From positions 175 to 64,174 of the forward strand of contig CANQWK010000006.1 in assembly GCA_947627545.1 (NCBI GenBank): DNA of 64,000 nt, written 5' to 3'. The stretch is from an uncultured Clostridia bacterium. Lineage in GTDB: Bacteria; Bacillota; Clostridia; Christensenellales; UBA1242. Positions 45,745 through 57,150 of this stretch are shown here, in pieces (position 1 is the first letter of the stretch; each line of letters opens with the position of its first letter). Under the pieces are notes generated by a model, which searched no databases, had not been told where the DNA came from, and saw only the letters and a program-made list of their open reading frames with translations. The position numbers and the translations under genes are program-made.

Positions 45745-46488
45745 ATGGAAGAGGTTGAATATTGTGACCCATTTGATGGTAAAAAATATGATTATTGGAT
45801 GAAGCTTGAACACGCAGGAAGATATGAATTTGCAAAGAATTTTATATGTGAAAATGTTAAAAATGGCAAAGTGGCAGACATTTCTTGCGCAACAGGATAT
45901 GGAACAAAACTTTTAGCAAATGTTTGTGAGCAAATAGATGGTTACGATTTGCGAAAAGAGTATTTAAAATTGGCTGAAAAGCGAAAAATTAAAAATGCAA
46001 ATTTTTATGAAATAGATTTTAATAAACAACTTTTAAAAGATAAAAAATATGATATTGTTGTAAGTTTTGAAACAATTGAACATATTGAAAACACCGAAAA
46101 TTTTATTAAGTCGCTAAAAAATATTGTAAAAAAGGATGGTTATTTAATATTATCAGTGCCAAATCCAAAATATGAACAATTAGATGAATTTGGAAATATA
46201 ATTTACAAATATCATAAACATGTTTTTAGCAAAGAACAAATTTTAAAATTGGTATCTGATTTTGGCTTTGAAACAAAGCAAATTTTGGGTCAATCATTGT
46301 GCAATAGGATTGTTTCAAATTTTCATAATTTAAGGCATGAAAGAGCAGAATCTTACAATAAAAAATTATTAAATAAATATAAATATTCAAAACAGGCCAT
46401 AGTGATGAATTCATATTTATATTCGTACCCAGATGAAGTTTTAATTGATGACTCATATTCATACATTTTTATTTGTAAAAAAATATAA
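45745..46488 (+). CDS. Class I SAM-dependent methyltransferase
   Basis: HAGRY, DISCATGYG, SFETIEH, LSVPN, YHKH. Confidence 0.85.
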   Translation: MEEVEYCDPFDGKKYDYWMKLEHAGRYEFAKNFICENVKNGKVADISCATGYGTKLLANVCEQIDGYDLRKEYLKLAEKRKIKNANFYEIDFNKQLLKDKKYDIVVSFETIEHIENTENFIKSLKNIVKKDGYLILSVPNPKYEQLDEFGNIIYKYHKHVFSKEQILKLVSDFGFETKQILGQSLCNRIVSNFHNLRHERAESYNKKLLNKYKYSKQAIVMNSYLYSYPDEVLIDDSYSYIFICKKI

Positions 46489-46586
46489 AATCAAAATGAT
46501 CGCAAAATCAAAATTAAAAAATTAAAAAAAGACTTTGTGTTCAGTTGATACATAACAAATTACATATTCGTAATTTAACTTGCAAT

Positions 46587-46913
46587 TTAATACATAACAG
46601 AATATAAATTGTCTAAAATTGTTGCTAAGTGATTGTCTGCTATTCTTTTTACTACATCTTCAATTAATTTAACTATTTTAGATGGTTTTGTGTGAGAAGA
46701 AACATAACAAAACTTTTTTATATCATTTTCATTGCTAGTTAAACGAATGGTTTTGCTTACATCTTCCCTTGTTATTGTAACATAAACATCGCTATTATTT
46801 TCATTTTGGCTTACATCAAAATTAAAATCAGGATATTTTTGGCAAAGTTCTCTATTTATAATTTTTTCAATATTACTAACGCTTAATTCAAAATTTTGCT
46901 TGTTATCTTTCAT
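46587..46913 (-). CDS. Hypothetical protein
   Basis: ATG 46913 preceded by GGAG; about 108 aa. Confidence 0.5.
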   Translation of the reverse strand: MKDNKQNFELSVSNIEKIINRELCQKYPDFNFDVSQNENNSDVYVTITREDVSKTIRLTSNENDIKKFCYVSSHTKPSKIVKLIEDVVKRIADNHLATILDNLYSVMY

Positions 46914-47012
46914 AAAAACTCCGTTTGATAGGTTAACATAAAATTTTAGTTTTGTCAACTGATTTTAAATGTAAAATTAATATAAAAAAATTGTTATTAA
47001 ACATTATTTTAA

Positions 47013-47041
47013 TTGACTAAAAATTAAACATTTTATATAAT
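47013..47041 (+). promoter_or_regulatory. sigmaA promoter 6 nt before the trmH-like ATG (leaderless)
   Basis: TTGACT-17 bp-TATAAT-TAAAGT-ATG. Confidence 0.65.
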
Positions 47042-47047
47042 TAAAGT

Positions 47048-47773
47048 ATGCAGTTAACCAAACAAAACATAAAAAATTTAAAAGATAAAAAGTTTAGGCG
47101 GCAAAACAAATTGTTTTTTGTTGAGGGCGAGAAATTTTGTGCCGACCTTGTTAGGTTAAACCATGAAATTTTGCTTACTTTAACCACAAACAAGGAACTT
47201 AAAGGTTATCCAAACATTTGTGTTGTTACAGAGCAAACTTTATCTGGCCTTGCAACAACAAAAACTAATCAAAACATTATTTGTGTGTGCAAAATTAAGG
47301 ATTATGAAATTAGTTCAGTTGGTAATTCACTAGTGTTAGACACTTTGCAAGACCCAGGCAATGTTGGAACATTAATTCGCTCGGCAATGGCTTTTGGTTT
47401 TGAAGATGTTTATCTAATTAATTGTGCCGATGTTTATAGCGAGAAGGTCATTCGTTCTTCGGCAGGCACAGTGCTTTCAGCGCGATTGCATGTGCTAAAT
47501 TTTGAACAATTTAATTCTAACAAGCAAAAAATAGCGAAAAATTTTTTAGTTGCAGATATGTTTGGTGAACCTTTGGCTAAAATTTGTTTGCCAAAAAACA
47601 AAATTGCTGTTATAATAGGCAATGAAGGCAATGGAGTTAGCGAACAATTCATGTCAATTGCTAACACAAAAATTTCAATTCCAATGTCAAGCAAGGTGGA
47701 AAGCCTTAACGCTGGCGTTGCAGGTAGCATAATAATGCAAAAAATAAGTGAGGTGAAAAATGTCAGGTCATAG
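47048..47773 (+). CDS. TrmH/SpoU-family RNA 2'-O-methyltransferase
   Basis: QDPGNVGTLIRS, IGNEGNG, ESLNAGVA. Confidence 0.93.
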   Translation: MQLTKQNIKNLKDKKFRRQNKLFFVEGEKFCADLVRLNHEILLTLTTNKELKGYPNICVVTEQTLSGLATTKTNQNIICVCKIKDYEISSVGNSLVLDTLQDPGNVGTLIRSAMAFGFEDVYLINCADVYSEKVIRSSAGTVLSARLHVLNFEQFNSNKQKIAKNFLVADMFGEPLAKICLPKNKIAVIIGNEGNGVSEQFMSIANTKISIPMSSKVESLNAGVAGSIIMQKISEVKNVRS

Positions 47774-48494
47774 CAAATGGAATAACATTAAAGGAAGAAA
47801 AGAAAAAAGTGATGCAGAACGCAGCAAAATTTTTACCAAAGTTGGTAGGGAAATTATGGTTGCGGTTAAAGAGGGCGGAGCAAACGTAGATGCAAACAGC
47901 AAATTAAAAATGGCAATTGCAAAAGCTCGCCAATATAATATGCCAAATGATAGAATTAACAGTATTATAAAAAAGAATAGCGAAGTAGATAATTCCAGCT
48001 TTATTGAACAGACCTATGAAGGTTACGGCGTAGGCGGCGTTGCAGTAGTTGTTAAATGTTTTACCGATAACAAAAACCGCACTAGCAGTGATATTCGCTA
48101 TGCTTTTGATAAATTTGGCGGTAGTTTAGGTTCAAGCGGCTGCGTTTCTTATATGTTTGATAACAAAGGCGTTATAGTGCTAGAAAAAAATGATAAATTT
48201 AATTCAGACGATGCTTTTGCTACGGCGATAGATAAAAACGCATTGGATTGCGAAGATGAAGAAGTGTTCACAATATATACCGAGCCAAACGCGTCAACAG
48301 TAAACGATTTTGTTTCAGCATTTGAAAACGCCGGTTACACAATTTTGTCTAGCGGAGTGGAAATGATTCCGCAAAATTATGTCAATTTAGATGAGCATCA
48401 GCGAGAAACCTTTAACAAAATGTTAGATAAATTAAACGAAAATGACGATGTTATAGATGTAATACATAATTTAGAGGAGCAAGATGGAGAATAA
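47760..48494 (+). CDS. yebC: YebC/PmpR-family protein
   Basis: MSGHSKWNNIK, YEGYG, TDNKNRT. Confidence 0.95.
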   Translation: MSGHSKWNNIKGRKEKSDAERSKIFTKVGREIMVAVKEGGANVDANSKLKMAIAKARQYNMPNDRINSIIKKNSEVDNSSFIEQTYEGYGVGGVAVVVKCFTDNKNRTSSDIRYAFDKFGGSLGSSGCVSYMFDNKGVIVLEKNDKFNSDDAFATAIDKNALDCEDEEVFTIYTEPNASTVNDFVSAFENAGYTILSSGVEMIPQNYVNLDEHQRETFNKMLDKLNENDDVIDVIHNLEEQDGE

Positions 48495-49083
48495 CGAAAG
48501 ATTAAACCAAATTTTAAAGGAATTAAACGATAACAGAAGCAAACTTTCTGCCTTATTTTCTTTGTATAATTCCTCTTTAATTATGGCAGAAGATAGCCGC
48601 TCAAATTTAATGAACTATTACGAACAAATGATAGATTTTAAAAATGATTTAAGCACACTTTCTACTACATTAGCAAACACTAAAAAGGAAGAAAGGCAAG
48701 CCGCATTAAAAAAGAATAAATCAAAAATTATAAAACTAGATAAAGATGCAAACGAGGCAAACGCAAATTTTGAAAATTCTTGTTCAAACTATAAAATTGC
48801 TCTTCAAGATTGCGGCTCACTAAAAACGGAATATAAACACGCAGTAAGTGAACTTTGCAAAGAATTTAAATCTTTGGTAAATGAAAATAAAGATGTTCCT
48901 TTTTTGGTTGTAAAAGGATATAAACAACAAGTAAAAATTATTCGTGCAATATTAGATAAAATTGAAGCATTAATTGCCGATTATAATGTAAAAAGAAATA
49001 AAGTTGAATTAGACAGCGAAAATTTCAAGCAATTATATGAAAGCGTTAATTCTTTAATTTCAAAATTAAAAGAAACAGCATAG
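48484..49083 (+). CDS. Hypothetical coiled-coil protein
   Basis: 199 aa with helical heptad character; translationally coupled within the operon. Confidence 0.65.
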   Translation: MENNERLNQILKELNDNRSKLSALFSLYNSSLIMAEDSRSNLMNYYEQMIDFKNDLSTLSTTLANTKKEERQAALKKNKSKIIKLDKDANEANANFENSCSNYKIALQDCGSLKTEYKHAVSELCKEFKSLVNENKDVPFLVVKGYKQQVKIIRAILDKIEALIADYNVKRNKVELDSENFKQLYESVNSLISKLKETA

Positions 49084-49090
49084 GTTAAAA

Positions 49091-49576
49091 ATGAAAATTT
49101 TAGGCATTGACCCAGGCTATAACATAATAGGTTATGGAATTATAGAAACAAATGGTTTTAAAGTGGTGGATTATGGGGTAATAACAACACCCAAAACAAT
49201 GAACATAAGCACCCGTTTAAACACCATTTTTCAGGCGTGCTGTGAACTTATGGAAACTTTTAAACCAGAAGAAGTTGCTTTTGAAGAATTGTTTTTTAAC
49301 ACCAACACAACAACAGGCATTGCAGTGGCGGAAGCAAGAGGTGCATTAATTGTTGCTTGCAAGCAATATATAAACAAACTTTTTGAATATACTCCGCTTC
49401 AAATAAAACAAGCACTAACAGGTAACGGCAGGGCAGAAAAAAAACAAGTTCAGTTTATGGTTAAAAACATTTTAGGCTTAAACGCTGTGCCAAAACCAGA
49501 TGATGCCGCCGATGCACTTGCAGTTGCCATTTGCCATATTCAAACTAGCAGCGTTATGAGCGATAATAGCATGTAA
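49091..49576 (+). CDS. ruvC: Holliday junction resolvase
   Basis: GIDPG, EELFF, EYTPLQIK, DDAADALAVA. Confidence 0.96.
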   Translation: MKILGIDPGYNIIGYGIIETNGFKVVDYGVITTPKTMNISTRLNTIFQACCELMETFKPEEVAFEELFFNTNTTTGIAVAEARGALIVACKQYINKLFEYTPLQIKQALTGNGRAEKKQVQFMVKNILGLNAVPKPDDAADALAVAICHIQTSSVMSDNSM

Positions 49577-49644
49577 ATTCTTTTGCTTTGCTTTTCTTAT
49601 AAGAAAAGTAAAATAAAAGAAATTTTATTTTTTAAAGGATATTT

Positions 49645-50241
49645 ATGATAGGTTTTATTAAAGGCATTTTAAGAGATAAAGATATGGGCAACATCACTGT
49701 TGAAGTTGGTGGTGTTGGTTTTTTAATTAGCGTAACAAATAGTTGCATGGCAAATTTGCCAAATATTGATGAAGAGGTTAAAATTTACACCTATATGCAG
49801 GTAAAGGAAGACGAAATTAGCCTATTTGGTTTTGCCAGCCCAGAAGAAAAACGCTTTTTCTTGCAACTTATTTCAGTAAGTGGAGTGGGCAGCAAAACTG
49901 CCATTCAAATTTTATCTGCTGAGCGAATGACTGCATTAATTTCTAGCATAATAAATGAAGATGCGTCAATAATAGCAAATTGCAAAGGCATTGGCAAAAA
50001 AACAGCCGAACGCATTATTGTTGAACTAAAAGACAAAATTAAGCCATTTGATTATATTCTACCAAACGAAACAAACACCGCAGTTAATGTTAAAAATGCA
50101 AGCATTGACGATGCAGTTGTTGTGCTAACCAGCCTTGGAGTTGGCAAAAATGAGGCAACTCGCCTAGCTAAAGAAGTATTTGCCGATGGCGACACCGCCG
50201 AACAAATTGTAGCCAAAGCCTTGCACAATATGGGTGGGTAA
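49645..50241 (+). CDS. ruvA: Holliday junction branch migration protein
   Basis: VEVGGVG, LFGF, GVGSKTA, GIGKKTAERI. Confidence 0.96.
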   Translation: MIGFIKGILRDKDMGNITVEVGGVGFLISVTNSCMANLPNIDEEVKIYTYMQVKEDEISLFGFASPEEKRFFLQLISVSGVGSKTAIQILSAERMTALISSIINEDASIIANCKGIGKKTAERIIVELKDKIKPFDYILPNETNTAVNVKNASIDDAVVVLTSLGVGKNEATRLAKEVFADGDTAEQIVAKALHNMGG

Positions 50242-50250
50242 AAGGAGCTT

Positions 50251-50799
50251 ATGCCAAAATGTATTGTTGAAGTGGGAATGCCGCTTAAAAAGAATTTAAT
50301 TTATTATCACGATATGTTGCAAAAACACGGTTTGGAACTTGTTTTTGCTTGCATAACGCATGATTTATATTACGCAAAAAACACAAATTTTGATGGCTTA
50401 ACCGAAAAACAAATAAAAGATGCGTGCGTTAGGTTGCGTATGTCAAACGGCGGAATAAACACAAAACCACTTGGAAACAATCAAAAAATGTTAAAACAAG
50501 TGCAGGAACTTGTAAAACAAGGGTATACAAAAGTTTTTGACACTATTAAGTTTGATTTTCATTATTGCAAAGAAGGCATGAATTCACGCATTCAACTGCA
50601 AGACATAAAAGATATCGGCTTATTGGCTTATTATGATAATAGCAATTATTATAAATATCCACTAAAAAAGCAGCGTCAACTTTTAATTGAAGAATTAAAC
50701 AGTTATGGTTTTAAATTTAAGCAAACAGATTTAGGGCTAGATAAATTGCGAACATTTTATTTTGGCAAAAAGATGTACAGCGAAAATCAATATAGTTAA
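50251..50799 (+). CDS. Hypothetical protein, possibly CYTH-like fold
   Basis: IVEVG, HDLYY, VRLR and DIKDIG resemble degenerate CYTH motifs; AAGGAG SD. Confidence 0.4.
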   Translation: MPKCIVEVGMPLKKNLIYYHDMLQKHGLELVFACITHDLYYAKNTNFDGLTEKQIKDACVRLRMSNGGINTKPLGNNQKMLKQVQELVKQGYTKVFDTIKFDFHYCKEGMNSRIQLQDIKDIGLLAYYDNSNYYKYPLKKQRQLLIEELNSYGFKFKQTDLGLDKLRTFYFGKKMYSENQYS

Positions 50800-50895
50800 G
50801 AGCATTCTAAACAATTTTTAAAAGAAGCATACAAACGAGCAAAAAATTAGAAAATTTAATTAATAAATATAAAAACAAATAAAAAAGGGAACATT

Positions 50896-51936
50896 ATGGA
50901 AGAAAAAGATAGATTTATTTCAAGCACAAAAAATATGAGTGATGTCGAGGTCGAAAACAAACTTCGACCTATGTCTTTTGACGAATATGTGGGGCAGGAA
51001 AAAATTAAATCTAATCTTAAAGTGTACATTAATGCGGCAAAGAAAAGGAAAGAAGCACTAGACCACGTTTTACTTTATGGTCCGCCAGGGCTAGGCAAAA
51101 CCACTTTAAGCCATATTATTGCCAATGAAATGGGCAGCCAAATTAAAATAACCAGTGGTCCAAGCATAGAAAATGCCGCCGACCTTGCAGCAATATTAAC
51201 AAATTTAGGCACAAATGATGTGCTATTTATTGATGAAATTCATCGCATTTCTAAATCTGTTGAAGAAATTTTATATCCAGCAATGGAAGATTACGCACTA
51301 GATTTTATTGTAGGTAAAGGTCCAAGTGCTAGAAGTATGCGTTTAAAAATTCAACCTTTTACACTAATTGGAGCAACCACAAAAGCAGGCAATTTGTCAA
51401 GCCCGTTGCGAGATAGGTTTGGAGTTTTATGCCGCCTAGATATGTACACAGTTGAAGAAATTGGCAAAATCATTTCTCGTTCTGCAAACATTTTGGGCGT
51501 TAAAATTGACAAGGACGCTGAAACAGAAATAGCAAAACGTAGCCGAGGTACGCCACGGGTTGCAAACCGCTTGTTAAAACGTGTGCGAGATTTTGTTCAG
51601 GTTGAAGATAAAGACATTATTTCGCTTGAAGACGCTAAAAAAGCCTTGTCTTTAATGGATATTGACGAATTAGGGCTAGATTTTGTAGATAAGCGCATTA
51701 TAATGGCAATGATTGAAAAGTTTGGTGGCGGTCCTGTTGGATTGGAAACTTTATCGGCAACCACAAATGAAGAAGTTTCAACAATTGAAGATGTGGTTGA
51801 GCCATATTTGTTGCAACTAGGTTTTATTGTCCGCACAAACAGGGGCAGAATGGTTACTCGCCTAGCATATCAACATTTCAATTTGCCTGTGCCAAAAAAT
51901 TTGTTAGAATCAGGGGACGAAGATGATAAATTATAA
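50896..51936 (+). CDS. ruvB: Holliday junction helicase
   Basis: [29 protein letters not shown]. Confidence 0.97.
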   Translation: MEEKDRFISSTKNMSDVEVENKLRPMSFDEYVGQEKIKSNLKVYINAAKKRKEALDHVLLYGPPGLGKTTLSHIIANEMGSQIKITSGPSIENAADLAAILTNLGTNDVLFIDEIHRISKSVEEILYPAMEDYALDFIVGKGPSARSMRLKIQPFTLIGATTKAGNLSSPLRDRFGVLCRLDMYTVEEIGKIISRSANILGVKIDKDAETEIAKRSRGTPRVANRLLKRVRDFVQVEDKDIISLEDAKKALSLMDIDELGLDFVDKRIIMAMIEKFGGGPVGLETLSATTNEEVSTIEDVVEPYLLQLGFIVRTNRGRMVTRLAYQHFNLPVPKNLLESGDEDDKL

Positions 51937-52954
51937 ACTTCTTTCCACCTATGACTACAATTTGCCAGAAGAATTAATTGCTCAAATTCCGTTAGAAAAA
52001 CGAGATGAAAGTAGGCTTTTGGTTTTTAACCGTCAAACCAAGCAAATTGAAGATAATCATTTTAAAAATATAACCAATTATTTAAAAAAGGGCGATGTGC
52101 TTGTAATTAACAACACAAGAGTTTTGCCTGCACGCTTGCTTGCGCATAAAGACACTGGTGCAGAAATTGAAATTTTGCTTTTAAAACGCTTTAATTTAAC
52201 CGAGTGGGAAGTTCTTTTAAAGCCTGCAAAAAAGGTTAAAATTGGGCAAACACTTGTTATAAACAACGAACTAAGTTGCACTTTGTTAGAAACTTTGATT
52301 GACGGAAAACGCAAAATAAAATTTGAATTTAATGGCGTGTTTGAAGACATTTTAAATCGTGTAGGCAGCATGCCTTTGCCTCACTATATTCACGAAAAAT
52401 TGAAAGATAAAGAACGCTATCAAACAGTGTATAATAAAGTTGAAGGCAGTGCAGCAGCACCAACCGCAGGCCTTCATTTTACAAACGAATTATTGCAAAA
52501 AATTAAAGATTTAGGAGTGCTAATTGTTGAACTTACACTAGATGTTGGGCTTGGAACTTTTCGCCCATGCAAAGAAGAGGACATAACAAAACATATTATG
52601 CACAGCGAACATTATCATCTTTCACAAGATGTTGCAGACACTATAAACAAAGCCAAAGCGGAAGGCAGGCGAGTTATTGCAGTTGGCACAACAAGTGTCC
52701 GCACGCTTGAAGCAGTTGCTAGTAAAGGTTTACCACTTAAAGCAGACGATGACGAAACCAGTATTTTTATTTATCCTCCATACAAATTTAAAGTGGTTGA
52801 CGCGCTTATAACCAACTTTCATTTGCCAAAAAGCACATTAATTATGCTTGTTAGTGCGTTTGCAGGCTATGAAAACACAATGAACCTTTACAAACACGCA
52901 GTTGACAATCACTACCGCTTTTTCAGTTTTGGCGACAGTATGTTTATTGTGTGA
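51923..52954 (+). CDS. queA: S-adenosylmethionine:tRNA ribosyltransferase-isomerase
   Basis: [41 protein letters not shown]. Confidence 0.96.
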   Translation: MINYKLLSTYDYNLPEELIAQIPLEKRDESRLLVFNRQTKQIEDNHFKNITNYLKKGDVLVINNTRVLPARLLAHKDTGAEIEILLLKRFNLTEWEVLLKPAKKVKIGQTLVINNELSCTLLETLIDGKRKIKFEFNGVFEDILNRVGSMPLPHYIHEKLKDKERYQTVYNKVEGSAAAPTAGLHFTNELLQKIKDLGVLIVELTLDVGLGTFRPCKEEDITKHIMHSEHYHLSQDVADTINKAKAEGRRVIAVGTTSVRTLEAVASKGLPLKADDDETSIFIYPPYKFKVVDALITNFHLPKSTLIMLVSAFAGYENTMNLYKHAVDNHYRFFSFGDSMFIV

Positions 52955-53026
52955 GAAATTATTCTTATTTATATTACGGCAAAATTTATAAAATATCAAA
53001 TGGAAAAATAAAAAATTTTAGGTTAA

Positions 53027-54151
<1,125 letters not shown>

Positions 54152-54400
54152 AATTTTTACTTACCAATACAAAAATTAAGATTTTTAAATTTTAAGATTT
54201 TTTATATTTAACAAAATTTATCAATCATATAAATAATATAAAACCTAAGAAAATCAACAAAAAACAAAAGATTTTTGAAAATTTGTCAAATTTCTTTGTT
54301 TTTTTGTTTAATTCTTAAAATTTTTTAGTGCAAATAAATTGACAATCTAAAATAAATTTATTATTATGATTAAATAATTTATAAAAATAAGGAGAAATTT

Positions 54401-54943
54401 ATGGCACAATATGCAATTTTAATAGTTTTGTTGGTAATGGTTATTGCTTTGTTTGTGGTTAGTTATGTTAGAAAGAAAAAATACACTGCTGAACTTGGTC
54501 AAATGCGTGAAGAATTAAAAATTGGCGATAAGGTTATGACCGATACAGGCGTGGTTGGCGAAGTTGTTGATAGTTATGTAGAAGATGATTATAAATATTT
54601 TGTTTTAAAGTCTGGCAGAGGAAACAATGTTGGTTATTTTGCTGTACATGCTAATGCAATTTATTATGTTTTTGGCAGGGAAGAGGAAAAGAAACAAAAC
54701 ATGGCAAATGTAAAAAAAGAACATAAAAATTCAAACGCAGAAAACAAAAATGAAAACCAAGAAAATGCCACCGAACAAAACAAAAATCAAACAACACAAG
54801 CTAATTTACAAACCGAATTAACCAAAACTGACAATGTAACTGAGAATATCAAGCCAAACGAAGTAGATAATTCAATTTCACATGAAACAAAAATTGACGG
54901 AGAAGTAGTAAAATCTAAAAAGAATAAGAACAAGAAAAAATAG
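54401..54943 (+). CDS. yajC: Preprotein translocase subunit YajC with a long polar tail
   Basis: N-terminal TM, LKIGDKVMT-TG; tgt-yajC synteny; upstream TTGACA(54339)-17-TATTAT. Confidence 0.82.
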   Translation: MAQYAILIVLLVMVIALFVVSYVRKKKYTAELGQMREELKIGDKVMTDTGVVGEVVDSYVEDDYKYFVLKSGRGNNVGYFAVHANAIYYVFGREEEKKQNMANVKKEHKNSNAENKNENQENATEQNKNQTTQANLQTELTKTDNVTENIKPNEVDNSISHETKIDGEVVKSKKNKNKKK

Positions 54944-55269
54944 AATAAATTTTAAATTAAATGGCAAATTTTTGCCATTTTTTTATTTGTAGTTTATTTT
55001 TATGTTCTTTTTCTTATAATTCAGTGCTTTAATTTAAATATAAGTTTATCGTTTTTTAGTGCATTACTTATAAATTAATGTTTATTATAAAAAATATATC
55101 TGTCAATTTTATATTACATCAAATTTAATATAAAGTTATTTTAATTTATAAAATGCTTTTTACAAATTCTACAAAACACAACAAAATGTCAAATAATAAT
55201 TTAAATAGATTAAAAATTTTTTGTTATGTGCTAAGTTCTAATTAATAAACTATTTTAGGAGGCAAAATT

Positions 55270-55665
55270 ATGCAAAAAATAAAATCTTTAAATTTTTCAG
55301 GATTAATTTCCATTATTAAATGCTGTTTAATTGGCATTATTTTCACTTTGGCAGGCATTGTGGCATTTGCCGTTGTTCTAAAATTTGTAGATGTTCCGTC
55401 AAACGCAATTGGCTACATTAACGATGTTATAAAAGGAATATCAATTTTTGTTATGGTGCTATTTTTAAAAAAGGGTAGCAATGAAAAACTACTTTTAAAA
55501 TCTGCTTTAGGCGGCATTGTTTACGCAGTTTTAAGTTTAATTATTTTTTCTATTTTAAACGGCTCATTTTCGTTTAATTTAACAGTTGTTTGCGACCTTG
55601 TTTTTGCTTTAATTGTTGCTATTGTGGCTTCAATTATTGTTAATGTGCTTAGCAAAAAAGCTTAA
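55270..55665 (+). CDS. Four-TM membrane protein (TIGR04086/YrzE-like)
   Basis: Four hydrophobic helices; usual position near yajC and secD in Bacillota. Confidence 0.6.
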   Translation: MQKIKSLNFSGLISIIKCCLIGIIFTLAGIVAFAVVLKFVDVPSNAIGYINDVIKGISIFVMVLFLKKGSNEKLLLKSALGGIVYAVLSLIIFSILNGSFSFNLTVVCDLVFALIVAIVASIIVNVLSKKA

Positions 55666-55752
55666 GTTTAAAAATTTATATTAAAAACGAGCCTTTTAGT
55701 CAATAATCTTTTAGTTAATTATCTAACAAAACAAAAATTTGCCTATATTTGA

Positions 55753-55781
55753 TTGACAATATTTAAAAGTTAGGTTATAAT
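55753..55781 (+). promoter_or_regulatory. sigmaA promoter of secD-secF
   Basis: TTGACA-17 bp-TATAAT. Confidence 0.75.
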
Positions 55782-55803
55782 TATAGTTAAATTAGGAGAA
55801 TTT

Positions 55804-57150
55804 ATGACTAAAACTCGTTCTAAATGCTTATTTGTTGTGTTTGCCATAATTTTAGTTTTATGTTTAATTGCAACATTCTTTAATTTTACTTATCCGCTTG
55901 CTATAAATGGAAATTATTATTCTTATTCTAGTTTTATAAGTAATGTTAGGCTTGGGGAAGATATTTCAACTTCGGTAAAATATGTTTATAGGGCAGAAAT
56001 TGAAGATGAATATGAGCAAAAAACTAATTATGAAAATTTAAGAACATCAACCGCAAATGCTTTGCAATCTATTTTGCAAGGGGAAGGTTTTAAAGATACA
56101 ACCGTAACAAATTATGATAATGACAAAATTGTTGTAAAAGTAGGCAATTTAATAACAAAAGACGATGCTAGTAATGTTGAATCTTTAATTGCAAACCCTG
56201 CAAGAATAAGTTTTTCAATGTCTAATGATGCGTCTGCGGCTTTTGCTGGGGCAAAAGATATTTCAAATGTTTCCGCTTACGATTATCCAGATAGCACAAC
56301 ACACGCAACAACTTATTATGTAATGATTAGATTTAAAGATAAAGATAAAATTGCTGAGGCTACTAAAGATGGTGGTACTTTATACATTTTCTTTGGAGAT
56401 ACACAATTTACAAGTATGTCGCTAGGTGAAGGAATTACTGACGGCTACATTTTAATTTCTAGCGAAGCGTTTGTTGACCATGCAACTGCAAACTCTTATG
56501 TAAATCGAATTAAAACCGGCATGCTAGATTTAAAATTAACACAACTTAGTTCGGAAATTGTAGAGGGTAGTTATGGCTCGGTTACAAATTTCAATAATCG
56601 CAAAATTTTTGGTGCTTTAAGCGGACTTTTAATTTGGATTGCTTTAGGCGTAATTATGCTTATAGGCTTTGTTTTCTTAATTGTAAAATATAAACAAATG
56701 GGCTGGTTGGCTTGTTTTAACTTATTGTTCTTTGTTTGCATTGGCTTGTTCTTATTGCAATCTATTCCTATTGCACATTTCAATTTTGCAGGAATGGTTG
56801 GTTTAATTTTGTGCTTAATGTTTTCTGCCGATAGTTTAATGACAATTATAGAAAAAGCTAAAAAATATTATAATGCAGATACAAAATTACACATTGCATT
56901 TAAAACCGCTCAAAAGGAAAGTTTGGTTAAAATTTTCATTCAAAACGGCTTGTTAATTTTTGTAGGCTTAGTTTCAATATTTATGCCGAACATGGCAATT
57001 CAATCGTTTGGCTGGGCAATGTTAGTTCTTCCTTTTGTAACGCTTTTCACTTCCCTTGTGTTAATGAGGTTGTTTATTAAAATGTACCTTTCTTTGAACA
57101 GTTTTGACGGCAAAAAATGCAATTTCCACAAAGGAGGTAAAAATGCTTAA
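55804..57150 (+). CDS. secD: SecD-like protein translocase subunit (divergent)
   Basis: TM1, RLGED (degenerate LGLDL), large extracytoplasmic domain, five C-terminal TMs with SADSLMTIIEK; adjacent to secF-like gene and recJ. Confidence 0.72.
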   Translation: MTKTRSKCLFVVFAIILVLCLIATFFNFTYPLAINGNYYSYSSFISNVRLGEDISTSVKYVYRAEIEDEYEQKTNYENLRTSTANALQSILQGEGFKDTTVTNYDNDKIVVKVGNLITKDDASNVESLIANPARISFSMSNDASAAFAGAKDISNVSAYDYPDSTTHATTYYVMIRFKDKDKIAEATKDGGTLYIFFGDTQFTSMSLGEGITDGYILISSEAFVDHATANSYVNRIKTGMLDLKLTQLSSEIVEGSYGSVTNFNNRKIFGALSGLLIWIALGVIMLIGFVFLIVKYKQMGWLACFNLLFFVCIGLFLLQSIPIAHFNFAGMVGLILCLMFSADSLMTIIEKAKKYYNADTKLHIAFKTAQKESLVKIFIQNGLLIFVGLVSIFMPNMAIQSFGWAMLVLPFVTLFTSLVLMRLFIKMYLSLNSFDGKKCNFHKGGKNA

